Shown here: positions 17,438 through 28,813 of the stretch, in pieces | How positions within the stretch are numbered: position 1 is the stretch's first letter | Layout of the letters: each line of letters opens with the position of its first letter | DNA from: an uncultured Gemmatimonadales bacterium | GTDB taxonomy: Bacteria; Gemmatimonadota; Gemmatimonadetes; Palauibacterales; Palauibacteraceae | Length of the DNA: 64,000 nucleotides | Assembly (NCBI GenBank): GCA_963783385.1 | Contig: CAWANJ010000006.1 | Span: 96,001 to 160,000 of the forward strand | Reading direction: 5' to 3' | Translations under genes and position numbers: made by a program | Notes under the pieces: generated by a model | What the model saw: the letters and a program-made list of their open reading frames with translations, nothing else | What the model was told of the DNA's origin: nothing | The model's database searches: none

Positions 17438-20342
17438 GGATCTTCCCGGTTCGAGACCGTCGTTTCCCCGCGGCTCCCCCGACGAGTCCAGGGCCTCCGA
17501 ACCCCTCAGCGAGCAGGTGGGCCTGCTGGGCACCCTCCTGGGCCGCGCCATCCGGGAACGGGGCGGCCGCGACACGCTCGACCGGGTCGAGGCGCTCAGG
17601 CTGGCGTGCCGGGAGGCCGCCCGGTCCGGCGATCCGGGGCCGCGCCGGGTGGCCGCCGAGCGCATCGCGGAGCTGGATCTCGAAGCGATCGGCTGGCTCC
17701 TGCGCGCCTACACCACCTTCTTCCGGCTCGTGAACCAGGCCGAGCAGCGCGAGATCGTACGGGTGAATCGCGAGCGCTCGCGCGAAGGCGGCCTCGACCG
17801 GCCGCGGCCCGGCTCCATCGAGGAGACCGTGGCCGAGCTGGCCGAGCGCGGGCTGGACGCCGGGGAGGTCTCGGCCCTCCTGGACCGCCTGGAGGTCATC
17901 CCGACGTTCACGGCCCACCCCACCGAGGCCCGGCGCGCCCCCATCCTCGGCAAACAGCGGCGCATCGCCGACCTGCTCGCGGCGCTCCAGGACCCGGACC
18001 GCACCCCGCAGGAGGAGGAGGCGACGCGAGACGCGCTCTTCGACCAGGTGACCCTCCTCCTGGCCACCCGCGAGGTCCGCTCCGAGCGGCCGACGGTCCG
18101 GGACGAGGTGGAGCAGGGGCTGTACTTCCTGGAGCGCTCGGTGTGGGATGCCGTCCCCCGAATCCACGAGGACGTGGACCGCGCCTTCCGGCGGCGCTTC
18201 GGCGAGGCGCCGGGAAGGGTCGCGCCGTTCCTGCGCTACCGGTCCTGGATCGGCGGAGACCGCGACGGCAACCCGAACGTCACGGCCGACGTCACCCGGT
18301 GGACGCTGGCCACGCACCGGGCCCGCGCGGCGCGCCTCCATCGACGCGAGCTCGAGCGGCTTCGCGAGGAGCTCAGCCTCTCGGCCTCCGAGGTGGAGGT
18401 GCCGGCCGAGCTGAGCGAGTCGATCGAGCGGGACCGGCGTGAGCTCGGGGTTCCGGAGGGGGCCCTGTCCGCCCACGAGGACGAGCCCTACCGCCAGAAG
18501 CTCACCTGCATGCTGGCCCGCCTCGAGCGCGTGCGGGAGGCGGCCGAACGGAGGGCGCGGGCGGTCGACCGGCCGGAGCCCGCCGGAGCCCGCGCGGAAG
18601 CGGCCCCCGACGAGGCCGGCCCTGGAGAGACGCACGACCAGGCGTGGAGCGCGGAGGCGTTCGAGGCCGATCTAGACCTGATCGACCGCTGCCTCCGGCG
18701 GACGGGCTTCGAAGCGGTGGCGCGAACCGGGAGCCTGCGGCGGGCGCGGTGCCTGGTGCGCACCTTCGGACTCCACCTCGCGAGCCTCGACATCCGCGAG
18801 CACAGCGGCATGCACGAGAGGGCGGTGGCGAGCCTGCTGCGGTCGGCCGGCGTCACGCCCGACTACGCTGCCATGCCCGAGGCTCGGCGCCTCGAGATCC
18901 TGGAGCGGGAGCTACGGAAGCCGGAGCCGCTCCGGCCGGACCGCGCCGAGCTCGCGGCCGAGGCGCGCCGCGTCCTCGACACGCTGGGCGTCGTCCGGGA
19001 CGCCGTGCGGCGTGACCCGCGCTCGATCGGGGCCTACGTCGTGAGCATGACCCACGAGCTCAGCGACATCCTCGAGCCGATGCTCCTGGCACGCGTGGCC
19101 GGTGTGTGGCGGATCGAGGGGGACGCGGTCCGCTGTCCCCTGGACTTCGTGCCCCTGTACGAGACGATCGAGGACCTGCGCGCCGCCGGGGATCGGCTGC
19201 GGAGCCTGCTGCGGCATCCCCTGTACCGCCTGCAGGTGGACGCGCGTGGGTCGATGCAGGAGGTGATGCTCGGCTACTCCGACAGCAACAAGGACGGAGG
19301 CTACTGGATGGCCAACTGGGCCCTGCGGCGGGCCCAGGAGGGGCTGGGGCGCGCCTGCCGCGACGAGGGCGTGGAGCTGCGGCTGTTCCACGGCCGGGGC
19401 GGCACGGTGGGCCGGGGCGGCGGCCGCTCGAACCGCGCCATCCTGGCCATGCCCCGCGTGGTCCAGAACGGCCGGTTCCGGGCCACCGAGCAGGGGGAGG
19501 TGATCTCCTTCCGCTACTCCCTCCCGGAGATCGCCCACCGGCACCTCGAGCAGATCGTGAGCGCCGTGCTGCGTGGCGCCGCCGTGGCGGAGGGGGCGGC
19601 CCCGGCCGACGGCGACCCGGAGCGGGCGGAGCTGCTGGAGGGGATGGCGGAGCGCGGCATGGCCGCCTACCGGGAGCTCCTGGACGCCGGGAGCTTCTGG
19701 CCGTGGTACCTGCGAGCGACCCCCATCCGCCACATCAGCCGCCTGCCCCTGGCTTCCCGGCCCGCCTCCAGGCGGACGGGGGAGATCGAGTTCGAGGGAC
19801 TCCGGGCCATCCCCTGGAACTTCGCCTGGAGCCAGACGCGCTACCTCGTGCCCGGCTGGTACGGGACGGGCCGGGCGCTCGGACCCCTGGTCGACGATCC
19901 CCGGAAGCTGGACGCCTGCCGGGCGATGTACCGGGACTGGCCCTTCTTTCGAGCCGTGGTCGACGACGCGCAGCGCGAGATGGGGCGGGCGCGCCTGGAG
20001 CTGAGCCGCATGTACGCCGCGCTGGCCGAGCCGGAGGGCGGGGCCGCGGACGGCATCCACGCGCGCATCGAGGCGGAGTTCGAGCGAGCCCGCTCCGCCC
20101 TCCTCCGCATCACGGGCCAGCGGGACCTGCTGGACAACGAGCCGGTGATCCAGGAGTCCATCCGCCTGCGGAATCCCTACACGGACGTCCTCAACCTCCT
20201 GCAGCTCGAGCTCCTTTGCCGCTGGCGGGCCGGCGACGCGGAGCGGGGCGGCACGGGCGGGGAAGGCGACCGCGATCGCCTGGCCGGCGAGATCCTCCTC
20301 AGCCTGAACGGCATCGCGGCGGCCATGCAGAGCACGGGGTGA
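17436..20342 (+). CDS. ppc: Phosphoenolpyruvate carboxylase
   Basis: FTAHPTE, SWIGGDRDGNP, QEVMLGYSDSNKDGG, FHGRGGTVGRGG, LRAIPW, C-terminal IAAAMQSTG. Confidence 0.97.
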   Translation: MDLPGSRPSFPRGSPDESRASEPLSEQVGLLGTLLGRAIRERGGRDTLDRVEALRLACREAARSGDPGPRRVAAERIAELDLEAIGWLLRAYTTFFRLVNQAEQREIVRVNRERSREGGLDRPRPGSIEETVAELAERGLDAGEVSALLDRLEVIPTFTAHPTEARRAPILGKQRRIADLLAALQDPDRTPQEEEATRDALFDQVTLLLATREVRSERPTVRDEVEQGLYFLERSVWDAVPRIHEDVDRAFRRRFGEAPGRVAPFLRYRSWIGGDRDGNPNVTADVTRWTLATHRARAARLHRRELERLREELSLSASEVEVPAELSESIERDRRELGVPEGALSAHEDEPYRQKLTCMLARLERVREAAERRARAVDRPEPAGARAEAAPDEAGPGETHDQAWSAEAFEADLDLIDRCLRRTGFEAVARTGSLRRARCLVRTFGLHLASLDIREHSGMHERAVASLLRSAGVTPDYAAMPEARRLEILERELRKPEPLRPDRAELAAEARRVLDTLGVVRDAVRRDPRSIGAYVVSMTHELSDILEPMLLARVAGVWRIEGDAVRCPLDFVPLYETIEDLRAAGDRLRSLLRHPLYRLQVDARGSMQEVMLGYSDSNKDGGYWMANWALRRAQEGLGRACRDEGVELRLFHGRGGTVGRGGGRSNRAILAMPRVVQNGRFRATEQGEVISFRYSLPEIAHRHLEQIVSAVLRGAAVAEGAAPADGDPERAELLEGMAERGMAAYRELLDAGSFWPWYLRATPIRHISRLPLASRPASRRTGEIEFEGLRAIPWNFAWSQTRYLVPGWYGTGRALGPLVDDPRKLDACRAMYRDWPFFRAVVDDAQREMGRARLELSRMYAALAEPEGGAADGIHARIEAEFERARSALLRITGQRDLLDNEPVIQESIRLRNPYTDVLNLLQLELLCRWRAGDAERGGTGGEGDRDRLAGEILLSLNGIAAAMQSTG

Positions 20343-20490
20343 GTGCGGTTCATCGACCGCGACGCGCTCTCCGCCGCGAGCCGCTAGCGGGCGGTATCCA
20401 GACCACGGCCTCGACGCGCGCACGCCCCGTGCGTCCTTTCCTTCGATGAGGCACGAGACACATTCGCTCGGAGGAGGACGGAGGCCCGAC

Positions 20491-21273
20491 ATGGAAGTAC
20501 GACTCGACGGCCGGCGAGCCCTGGTGACCGGGGGGAACTCCGGCATCGGCGAGGCGATCGTGGAGGCGCTTGCGGCGGCGGGCGCACGGGTGGCGATCAA
20601 CTACGTCGCGCATCCCGAGGACGCGAGATCGCTGGCGAAGCGGATCCGGGACGGCGGGGGCGAGGCGCTCGCGGTGGAGGCCGACGTGTCCGACCCCGGT
20701 GCCGTGGCCGGCATGTTCGCCCGGCTCGACGACACCTGGGACGGCCTGGACATCTTGATCAACAACGCCGGCATCGACGGAGAGCGTTCGCAGGGCTGGG
20801 AGATCGATCCCGCCGAATGGCGCCGGGTGATCGACGTGAACCTCATGGGTGCCTTCCACTGCGCGCGCGAGGCCCTCAAGCGCATGGTGTCGGCGAAGAG
20901 CGGGGTGGTGCTCAGCGTCACCTCGGTGCACGAGGAGATCGCGTGGGCCGGCTACAGCGCCTACACGGCCAGCAAGGCCGGGGTCGGCATGATGACCCGG
21001 ACCCTGGCCCAGGAGGCGGCCCCACACGGGATCCGCGTCCTGGCGCTGGCGCCGGGCGCCATCAAGACGCCGATCAACGAGTCGGTGTGGAGCGATCCGA
21101 AGAAGCTCCGAGACCTGCTGGAGAAGATCCCGCTCGACAGGATCGGGAAGCCCGAGGAGATCGCCCGAATGGCGGTCGTGCTCGTGTCCGACGTGGGCTC
21201 CTACGTGACCGGCAGGACCGTGTACGTGGACGGCGGCATGACGGACTATCCGGACTTCGCCCACGGAGGCTGA
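20491..21273 (+). CDS. SDR oxidoreductase, glucose 1-dehydrogenase-like
   Basis: TGGNSGIG, NNAG, SVHE, YTASK, PGAIKTPIN. Confidence 0.9.
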   Translation: MEVRLDGRRALVTGGNSGIGEAIVEALAAAGARVAINYVAHPEDARSLAKRIRDGGGEALAVEADVSDPGAVAGMFARLDDTWDGLDILINNAGIDGERSQGWEIDPAEWRRVIDVNLMGAFHCAREALKRMVSAKSGVVLSVTSVHEEIAWAGYSAYTASKAGVGMMTRTLAQEAAPHGIRVLALAPGAIKTPINESVWSDPKKLRDLLEKIPLDRIGKPEEIARMAVVLVSDVGSYVTGRTVYVDGGMTDYPDFAHGG

Positions 21274-21300
21274 GAGCGGCCGTTCGGGCGCGCGGAGGGG

Positions 21301-22922
<1,622 letters not shown>

Positions 22923-23094
22923 GGCGACCTCGGGGCCGTAGGGGGAGTGTATGCAACGCGAACAAAGCTAGATCGCCCATGCGAATCACGCACCTGGCCG
23001 AGCGGAGCCGGCGTCGCCCTCGGCCCCACTCGATCCTCGACCCCGAGACGAACTCTTTCCATTCGCCACCGGCCCGTAGTATGGTGCGGGTCTC

Positions 23095-24312
23095 ATGGAT
23101 AGCCCCCCTTCGGCCTCGGCGGCCACCGACGAGGGCGACCTGCGTGCCCTGGATGAGCTGCGCACGTCCCTCGGAGGCGACTTCGAGATCGTGCGGCCTC
23201 TGGGCCGAGGCGCCGTGGCGACGGTCTACCTGGCGAGAGACCGCGCCCTGGGCATCCCCGTGGCCGTGAAGGTCCTGCGGCCCGGGAAAGCCGCCGACGA
23301 GACGGCGCGGAAGCGCTTCGAGCGGGAGGCGCGGGCGGCCGCCTCGCTCTCCGACCATCCGAACGCCGTGGCCGTGACGCGCTTCGGTCGGCTCCCGAAC
23401 GAGACGCCCTACCTGGTCATGCAGTACGTGAAGGGCCGGACCATGGAGGAGCGCCTCAAGGCCGAGGGGAGGCTCCCGGTGCCGGAGGCGACCGCGGTCC
23501 TGGCGGAGGTGGCGTCGGCCCTGGCCGCGGCGCACGAAAAGGGCATCATCCACCGGGACCTGCGACCGGGCAACGTGCTATGGGACGAGGAGAAGCGCCG
23601 CGCCCTCCTGACGGACTTCGGCATCGCAGCGGTCCTCGATGCCGGCGGGCCCGACTCCCCGCGCCTGACGCAGACGGGCGAGCTGCTCGGGGACCCCCGC
23701 CACTCGAGCCCCGAGCAGCTCACCGGCGTACCGGTCACCGAGCTGAGCGACATGTACGGATTCGGCCTGCTCGGCTACGAGCTCCTGGCCGGCCGTGGAC
23801 CCTACGAGGCCAGGTCGGCGGCCGACTGGATCCGGGCCCACCTCCAGCAGGAGCCGCGGGACCTCCGCGAGCTCCGGCCCGACGTGCCCGAGCCGCTGGC
23901 CGACCTCCTGCGCCGGTGCCTGGCCAAGGAGCCTCGCCACCGCCCCTCCGCCCGGGACGTGGTCCGCGCCCTCGGGAAGGAGACGCCGTCCGCCGGTGGA
24001 GCGCGCGCCGGCCATCCCGAGGAGCACGACCTCACGAAGCTCATCAAGCGGCGCGTGCCCCAGATCGTCCTGATCGTGGCGGGGGCCGGCGTGGGTCTCA
24101 TCCAGCTGGTCGGGTCGCTGAACGACCTCCTGCCTCCCAAGAGCCAGCTCCTGACCGTGATCTTCGTGGCCGCGGCCGTCCTCGCTTCCGCGGTCATCGC
24201 GTGGTTCCACGGCGAGCGTGGACGGCAGCGCGCCCCGATCGTCGAGCGGATCCTCCTGGCACTCATCGGGGTCGCCTGGCTCGCGGTGACGATCGTGGCG
24301 CTCGTCGAGTGA
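23095..24312 (+). CDS. Hanks-type Ser/Thr protein kinase with a C-terminal 3-TM module
   Basis: LGRGAVATVYLA, VAVK, HRDLRPGN, DFG, SPE, D-x-Y-x-x-G. Confidence 0.92.
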   Translation: MDSPPSASAATDEGDLRALDELRTSLGGDFEIVRPLGRGAVATVYLARDRALGIPVAVKVLRPGKAADETARKRFEREARAAASLSDHPNAVAVTRFGRLPNETPYLVMQYVKGRTMEERLKAEGRLPVPEATAVLAEVASALAAAHEKGIIHRDLRPGNVLWDEEKRRALLTDFGIAAVLDAGGPDSPRLTQTGELLGDPRHSSPEQLTGVPVTELSDMYGFGLLGYELLAGRGPYEARSAADWIRAHLQQEPRDLRELRPDVPEPLADLLRRCLAKEPRHRPSARDVVRALGKETPSAGGARAGHPEEHDLTKLIKRRVPQIVLIVAGAGVGLIQLVGSLNDLLPPKSQLLTVIFVAAAVLASAVIAWFHGERGRQRAPIVERILLALIGVAWLAVTIVALVE

Positions 24313-24349
24313 CGGGAGTCCCCGAGGCCGACCGACCCGGAGCGTGCGC

Positions 24350-25214
24350 ATGAGCGATACGACCGTCGCACCGCAGTTCTCGGACATCGACGCCTGGGGC
24401 GCGACGCACCGCGGCAACGTGCGTCCGGACAACCAGGACCACTTCTTCCTTGGGGCGCTGGCCTGCGGGGTGACCGTGGACGGCTGCAGCCTGGGGGACG
24501 AGGCGCGCGGGAATCTGGCAGGCGGAGCGCCAGGCGACGCTCGCCGTGGTGGCGGACGGGGTGGGCTCCTCGGGCGGCGGGGAGCAGGCGGCCCGCCGGG
24601 CCGTGGAAGGGCTTGTATCCTCCGTCTCCAGATCGTTCCACGAGGCGGTCCAGAGAGAGCCGGAGGATCCCGAAGTCTTTTCGAGGATGCTGCACGGTGC
24701 CGCGCTCTCCGTCCACGAGAGCCTCGTCGAGGAGGCGGAGAGGGACGACGGGGGGCGGCGTTTCGCGACGACCGCTACCCTGTTCCTGGGGCTGTGGCCG
24801 CAGGCCTATCTCCTCCAGGTGGGTGATTCCCGCTGCTACGTCTTCCGGGAGGGGGAGCTCACCCAGATCAGCCGGGACCAGACCATCGCGCAGGAGCTGG
24901 TGGACAGCGGCGCGCTCACGCGAACCGTCGCCGAGCGGAGCCGGTGGGCGCACATCCTGTCCAGCGCCATGGGCGGCGAGCAGGCCGTGCCTGTCGTGAC
25001 GCGGGTCGTGCGGGACTGGGGCACGGTCGTGCTCCTGTGCAGCGACGGGCTCACCAAGCACGTGTCCGACGAGCGCATCCGGGAGCGCCTGGCATCCATG
25101 ACCGGCGCCCGCCAGGTCGTCGAGCAGCTGACGCAGGACGCGCTCGACGACGGCGGGACGGACAACATCACGCTCATCGTGGGGCGGACCCTCCGGCCGG
25201 CGAGCGGCGAATGA
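24350..25214 (+). CDS. PP2C-family protein phosphatase (frameshift near 24500-24545)
   Basis: THRGNVRPDNQD, VADGVG, VGDSRCY, LLCSDGL, GGTDNIT. Confidence 0.9.
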
Positions 25215-25285
25215 GCGTGGCCCGCCCTGTGAGGCCGCAGGCCGCAGCGTGAGCGTCGCCCCGCGATGAAGCGGGCGTCCCGGCG

Positions 25286-25627
25286 ATGAGCGACGCCACG
25301 ATCGCCCGGCTGAACGCCGCCCTCTCCGGCCGCTACCGCATCGAGCGCGAGCCCGTGTGGGCGCGCGATGGCCGCCATCTCTTGTACCGGACGGAGGGCA
25401 AGTTCAGGGTGGCGGCAGTCTCATCCACGCCGACCTTCCACGTCGTCTCCCGCTCCGACTTCATGGACGACTCGTACCTTCCGTCACCCGCGCCCCACGC
25501 CAATTGCGACGTGTCGCCGGATGGGAAGGCACTTCTCGTCCTCAAGGGTGAGCGTCAGCAGCCTCTGGTGGTGTACGACTGGGGCGCGGAGGTGAGAGCG
25601 AAACTCCAGAAGGGCGAGAAGCAGTGA
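25286..25627 (+). pseudogene. Internally deleted kinase/PD40 beta-propeller gene (leader fused to the last blades)
   Basis: MSDATIARLNAALSGRYRIERE joined in frame to PVWARDGRHLLYR...DVSPDGKALLVL...VVYDW. Confidence 0.7.
25303..25351 (+). repeat. Kinase-leader repeat, copy 1 (matches about 28222-28270)
   Basis: gcccggctgaacgccgccctctccggccgctaccgcatcgagcgcgagc versus gcccggctgagccgcgccctcgccgaccgctaccgcatcgagcgcgagc. Confidence 0.75.
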
Positions 25628-26592
25628 CGACCTTGGACCCCGTTCGACCCATCACCCTGGACGAGATCCGTGAGGCGCGCGAGCGCATCGCGGACGTCGT
25701 CGTGCGCACCCCGCTGGTCCGCCTGGAGCTGGGACCCGACCATCCCGAGATCCGGCTGAAGCTCGAGAACCTGCAGCCGATCAACGCCTACAAGCTGCGC
25801 GGCGCGGCCAACGCCGTGGCCATGCTGCCCGAAGCCGAGCGCGCGCGGGGCGTGTGGACGATCAGCGCCGGCAACGCGGGACAGGGCGTCGCATACGCGG
25901 CGAGGGTCGCCGGCGTGCCCTGCACCGTGGTGGCGATCGAGACGGCGCCGATCTCGAAGATGGAGCGGATGCGCGCGCTCGGGGCGCGCGTCGTCCCGGT
26001 CCCCTACGACGTCGCCTGGAAGGCGCTGGAAGCGCGCGAGTACCCGGGGATAGAGGGCACCTTCGTGCATCCGTTCGACGACCACGATTTCATCGCGGGG
26101 CACGCGACCATGGGCCTCGAGATCCTGGAGGATGCGCCCAATGTGGCCGCGGTCGTCGCCGCGATCGGGGGCGGCGGGCTCGTCACGGCGCTCGGAAGCG
26201 CGATCAAGGCGCTCCGGCCCGAGGTCGAGGTGTGGGGGGCGGAGCCGGAGACCGCCGCGCCCGCGGCGCGGTCGTTCGAGGCGGGGGCCCCGCAGGCCTT
26301 CGACGAGTGGGAGGCCTCGTTCGTGGACGGAGCCGGGGGCAAGAGCGTGTTTCCCCGCATGTGGGAGCGCATGCGTCCGGTGGTGGACGGCTCGATCGTG
26401 GTCACCCTGGACGAGACCCGGCGCGCCATGCGGCTCATGGCGGAGAAGGCGCGGGTCATAACCGAGGGCGCAGGCGCGCTGCCGTTGGCCGCCGCGCTCA
26501 CGGGCAAGGCCGGGCCCGGGCCGATCGTGGCGGTCGTGTCGGGGGGCAACATCGACCTTGACAGGTTCTGGGAGCTGATCCGGGAGGCGTAG
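25624..26592 (+). CDS. PLP-dependent threonine/serine dehydratase family
   Basis: KLENLQPINAYKLRGA, SAGNAGQG, HPFDD, IGGGGL, SGGNID. Confidence 0.9.
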   Translation: MTTLDPVRPITLDEIREARERIADVVVRTPLVRLELGPDHPEIRLKLENLQPINAYKLRGAANAVAMLPEAERARGVWTISAGNAGQGVAYAARVAGVPCTVVAIETAPISKMERMRALGARVVPVPYDVAWKALEAREYPGIEGTFVHPFDDHDFIAGHATMGLEILEDAPNVAAVVAAIGGGGLVTALGSAIKALRPEVEVWGAEPETAAPAARSFEAGAPQAFDEWEASFVDGAGGKSVFPRMWERMRPVVDGSIVVTLDETRRAMRLMAEKARVITEGAGALPLAAALTGKAGPGPIVAVVSGGNIDLDRFWELIREA

Positions 26593-26601
26593 GGTAGAAC
26601 G

Positions 26602-26676
26602 ATGGCCGATCCAGTGACGACCCCGAGCGGGGCCCTCGAGGACCGCTACGGCGTCGAGCACGAGCCGGGCGGCGGC
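26602..26676 (+). pseudogene. Degenerate kinase N-terminal stub
   Basis: MADPVTTPSGALEDRYGVEHEPGGG resembles the leader 'RLxxAL-DRY-IERELG-GG'. Confidence 0.5.
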
Positions 26677-26742
26677 TTCCACCGCGGGACCCCGTTCGTC
26701 ACCGCCCTGACCCATTCACCCCCGTCTCGGAGGCACTCGGTG

Positions 26743-28208
26743 ATGTCCGAGTTGCGCGTCCGGCCCTTCCGCTCCGCCGCCGCGGCGTGCGCGGCGCTGC
26801 TCGCCCTGGCGGCGGGGCTCGCCCTGCCGCCCTCTCCCGCGGCGGCGCAGCAGCCTGCCCTCTCTCCCAACGTCCTCCGGTACGTGGCGGTGGACACGCC
26901 CGTGGTGGCCCTCACCCACGTGCGGGTCATCGACGGGACCGGGGCGCAGGCGCGGGCGGACCAGACGCTGGTCATCCGGGACGGCACCATCGCCGCCCTG
27001 GGTCCGGCTTCGTCGGTGAAGGTCCCGGCGGGCGCGCAGGTGCTGGACCTCACCGGCAAGTCCGTGATCCCGGGCTTCGTCATGATGCACGAGCACCTGT
27101 TCTATCCCACCGGCCCGGGGGTGTACGGCAACACGGCCGAGAGCTTCACGCGGCTCTACCTGGCGGGCGGCGTCACCAGCATGCGCACGACCGGGGACCT
27201 GAACGGGTACGGCGAGCTGGCCGTCGCGCAGGCCATCAAGGACGGCAAGAAGCCGGGCCCGTGGATCGACGCCACCGGCCCGTACCTGCAGGGCCCGGGG
27301 AACCCGTTCGAGCAGATGTACACGCTGAAGGACGCCGCCGACGCGAAGCGCATGGTGGACTTCTGGGCCGACGCGGGCGCCACCTCGTTCAAGGCGTACA
27401 TGAACATCACCCGGGCGGAGCTGGCCGCGGCCGTCCAGGAAGCGCACGCCCGGGGCCTCAAGATCACCGGGCACCTGTGCTCGGTGACCTACCGCGAGGC
27501 GGCGGACCTGGGCATCGACGACCTCGAGCACGGCTTCTTCGTCTCCACCGACTTCGTGAAGGACAAGAAGCCCGACCTGTGTCCGGGGCAGCGCGCCGGG
27601 ATGGAGGCGCTGGACCGGGTCGATCCCGCCGGGCCCGGTTCAGGGCGCTCGTGGACACCTCATCGCGCACCACGTGGCGGTGACGTCCACCCTCACCGTG
27701 TTCGAGACCTTCACGCCCGGCCGGCCGCAGCCGCCGGGGCTCGACGTCCTGGATCCCATCCTCGAGGAGCAGTTCGAGAAGACCTACCGGCCAGTCCAGC
27801 AGAACACGCCAGCTCCATCTACGCCACCTGTTCAAGAAGGACATGGCCATGGAGCTCCGCTTCGCCCGGGCGGGCGGGCTGCTGCTGGCCGGCACCGATC
27901 CCACCGGGTACGGCGGCGTCATTCCCGGCTACTCGGACCAGCGCCAGGTCGAGCTGCTGGTGGAGGCGGGCTTCACGCCGCTGGAGGCCATCCGGATCTG
28001 CACGCTCAACAGCGCCATCTACCTGGGCCGGGCCGACCGGATCGGCTCCCTGGCCGTGGGCAAGCAGGCGGACCTGGTGATCATCGACGGCGACCCGGCG
28101 GCCCACATCTCGGACATCCGGAAGGTGGAGATGGTCTTCCGCCAGGGCGTGGGCTACGACCCGCAGAAGCTGATCGCGAGCGTGAAGGACAAGGTCGGGC
28201 TGTTCTGA
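26743..28208 (+). CDS. Exported amidohydrolase (frameshifts near 27640-27840)
   Basis: Signal peptide, PGFVMMHEH, ITGHL, LEHG, LLAGTD, GSLAVGKQADLV. Confidence 0.88.
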
Positions 28209-28275
28209 CGGCGAGCCCGCGGCCCGGCTGAGCCGCGCCCTCGCCGACCGCTACCGCATCGAGCGCGAGCTCGGC
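28204..28275 (+). pseudogene. Kinase N-terminal stub without a start codon (leader repeat copy 2)
   Basis: SDGEPAARLSRALADRYRIERELG, in frame with the downstream RidA. Confidence 0.7.
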
Positions 28276-28308
28276 GACGTGTCCCCCAATCTCCCAAGGA
28301 GGCATCCC

Positions 28309-28764
28309 ATGCTTCGACGCGGAACCGGCGTCCTGTTGGCGGCGATCGCGATCCTCACGGCGACCTCGCACCCGCTCCGGGCCCAGGAGCGACACTATGT
28401 CGCGCCGCGCGTGGCGACCGACACGACCACCCTGCCCTTCAGCGAGGGCGTGCAGGTCGGGAGCACGCTGTACCTCAGCGGAACGATCGGCCTCCTGCCC
28501 GACCAGACGGTGCCGACCACCGCCACCGAGGAGGCGCGCCGCGTGCTGGACAACGTCAAACAGGCGCTGACGGAGGCGGGGATGACGATGGACGACCTGG
28601 TGCAGGTGCAGGTGTTCTGCTCGGACCTCTCGACCTACGCCGACTTCAACAAGGTGTACCGGACCTACTTCACCAGGGTCTATCCGCCGCGCGCCTTCCT
28701 CGGCGTGGCCCACGTGCTGTTCGGAGCACGCTACGAGGTGCAGGGCATCGCGGTGAAGGGATGA
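28309..28764 (+). CDS. RidA/YjgF family protein with a signal peptide
   Basis: PFSEGV, LYLSG, FNKVY, PPRAF (catalytic Arg), YEVQGIA; AAGGAGG RBS. Confidence 0.9.
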   Translation: MLRRGTGVLLAAIAILTATSHPLRAQERHYVAPRVATDTTTLPFSEGVQVGSTLYLSGTIGLLPDQTVPTTATEEARRVLDNVKQALTEAGMTMDDLVQVQVFCSDLSTYADFNKVYRTYFTRVYPPRAFLGVAHVLFGARYEVQGIAVKG

Positions 28765-28769
28765 GCGGC

Positions 28770-28800
28770 GCTCGTAGGGCGCCGGTTTTCGACCTCAAGC
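28770..28800 (-). repeat. Degenerate tRNA-Ser(CGA) fragment (old att-like site)
   Basis: gctcgt-agggcgccggttttcga versus tRNA gcccgtgagggcgccggttttcga (17 bp exact), followed by cctcaagc, which also occurs in the tRNA. Confidence 0.65.
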
Positions 28801-28813
28801 ACGGACGGGAACG

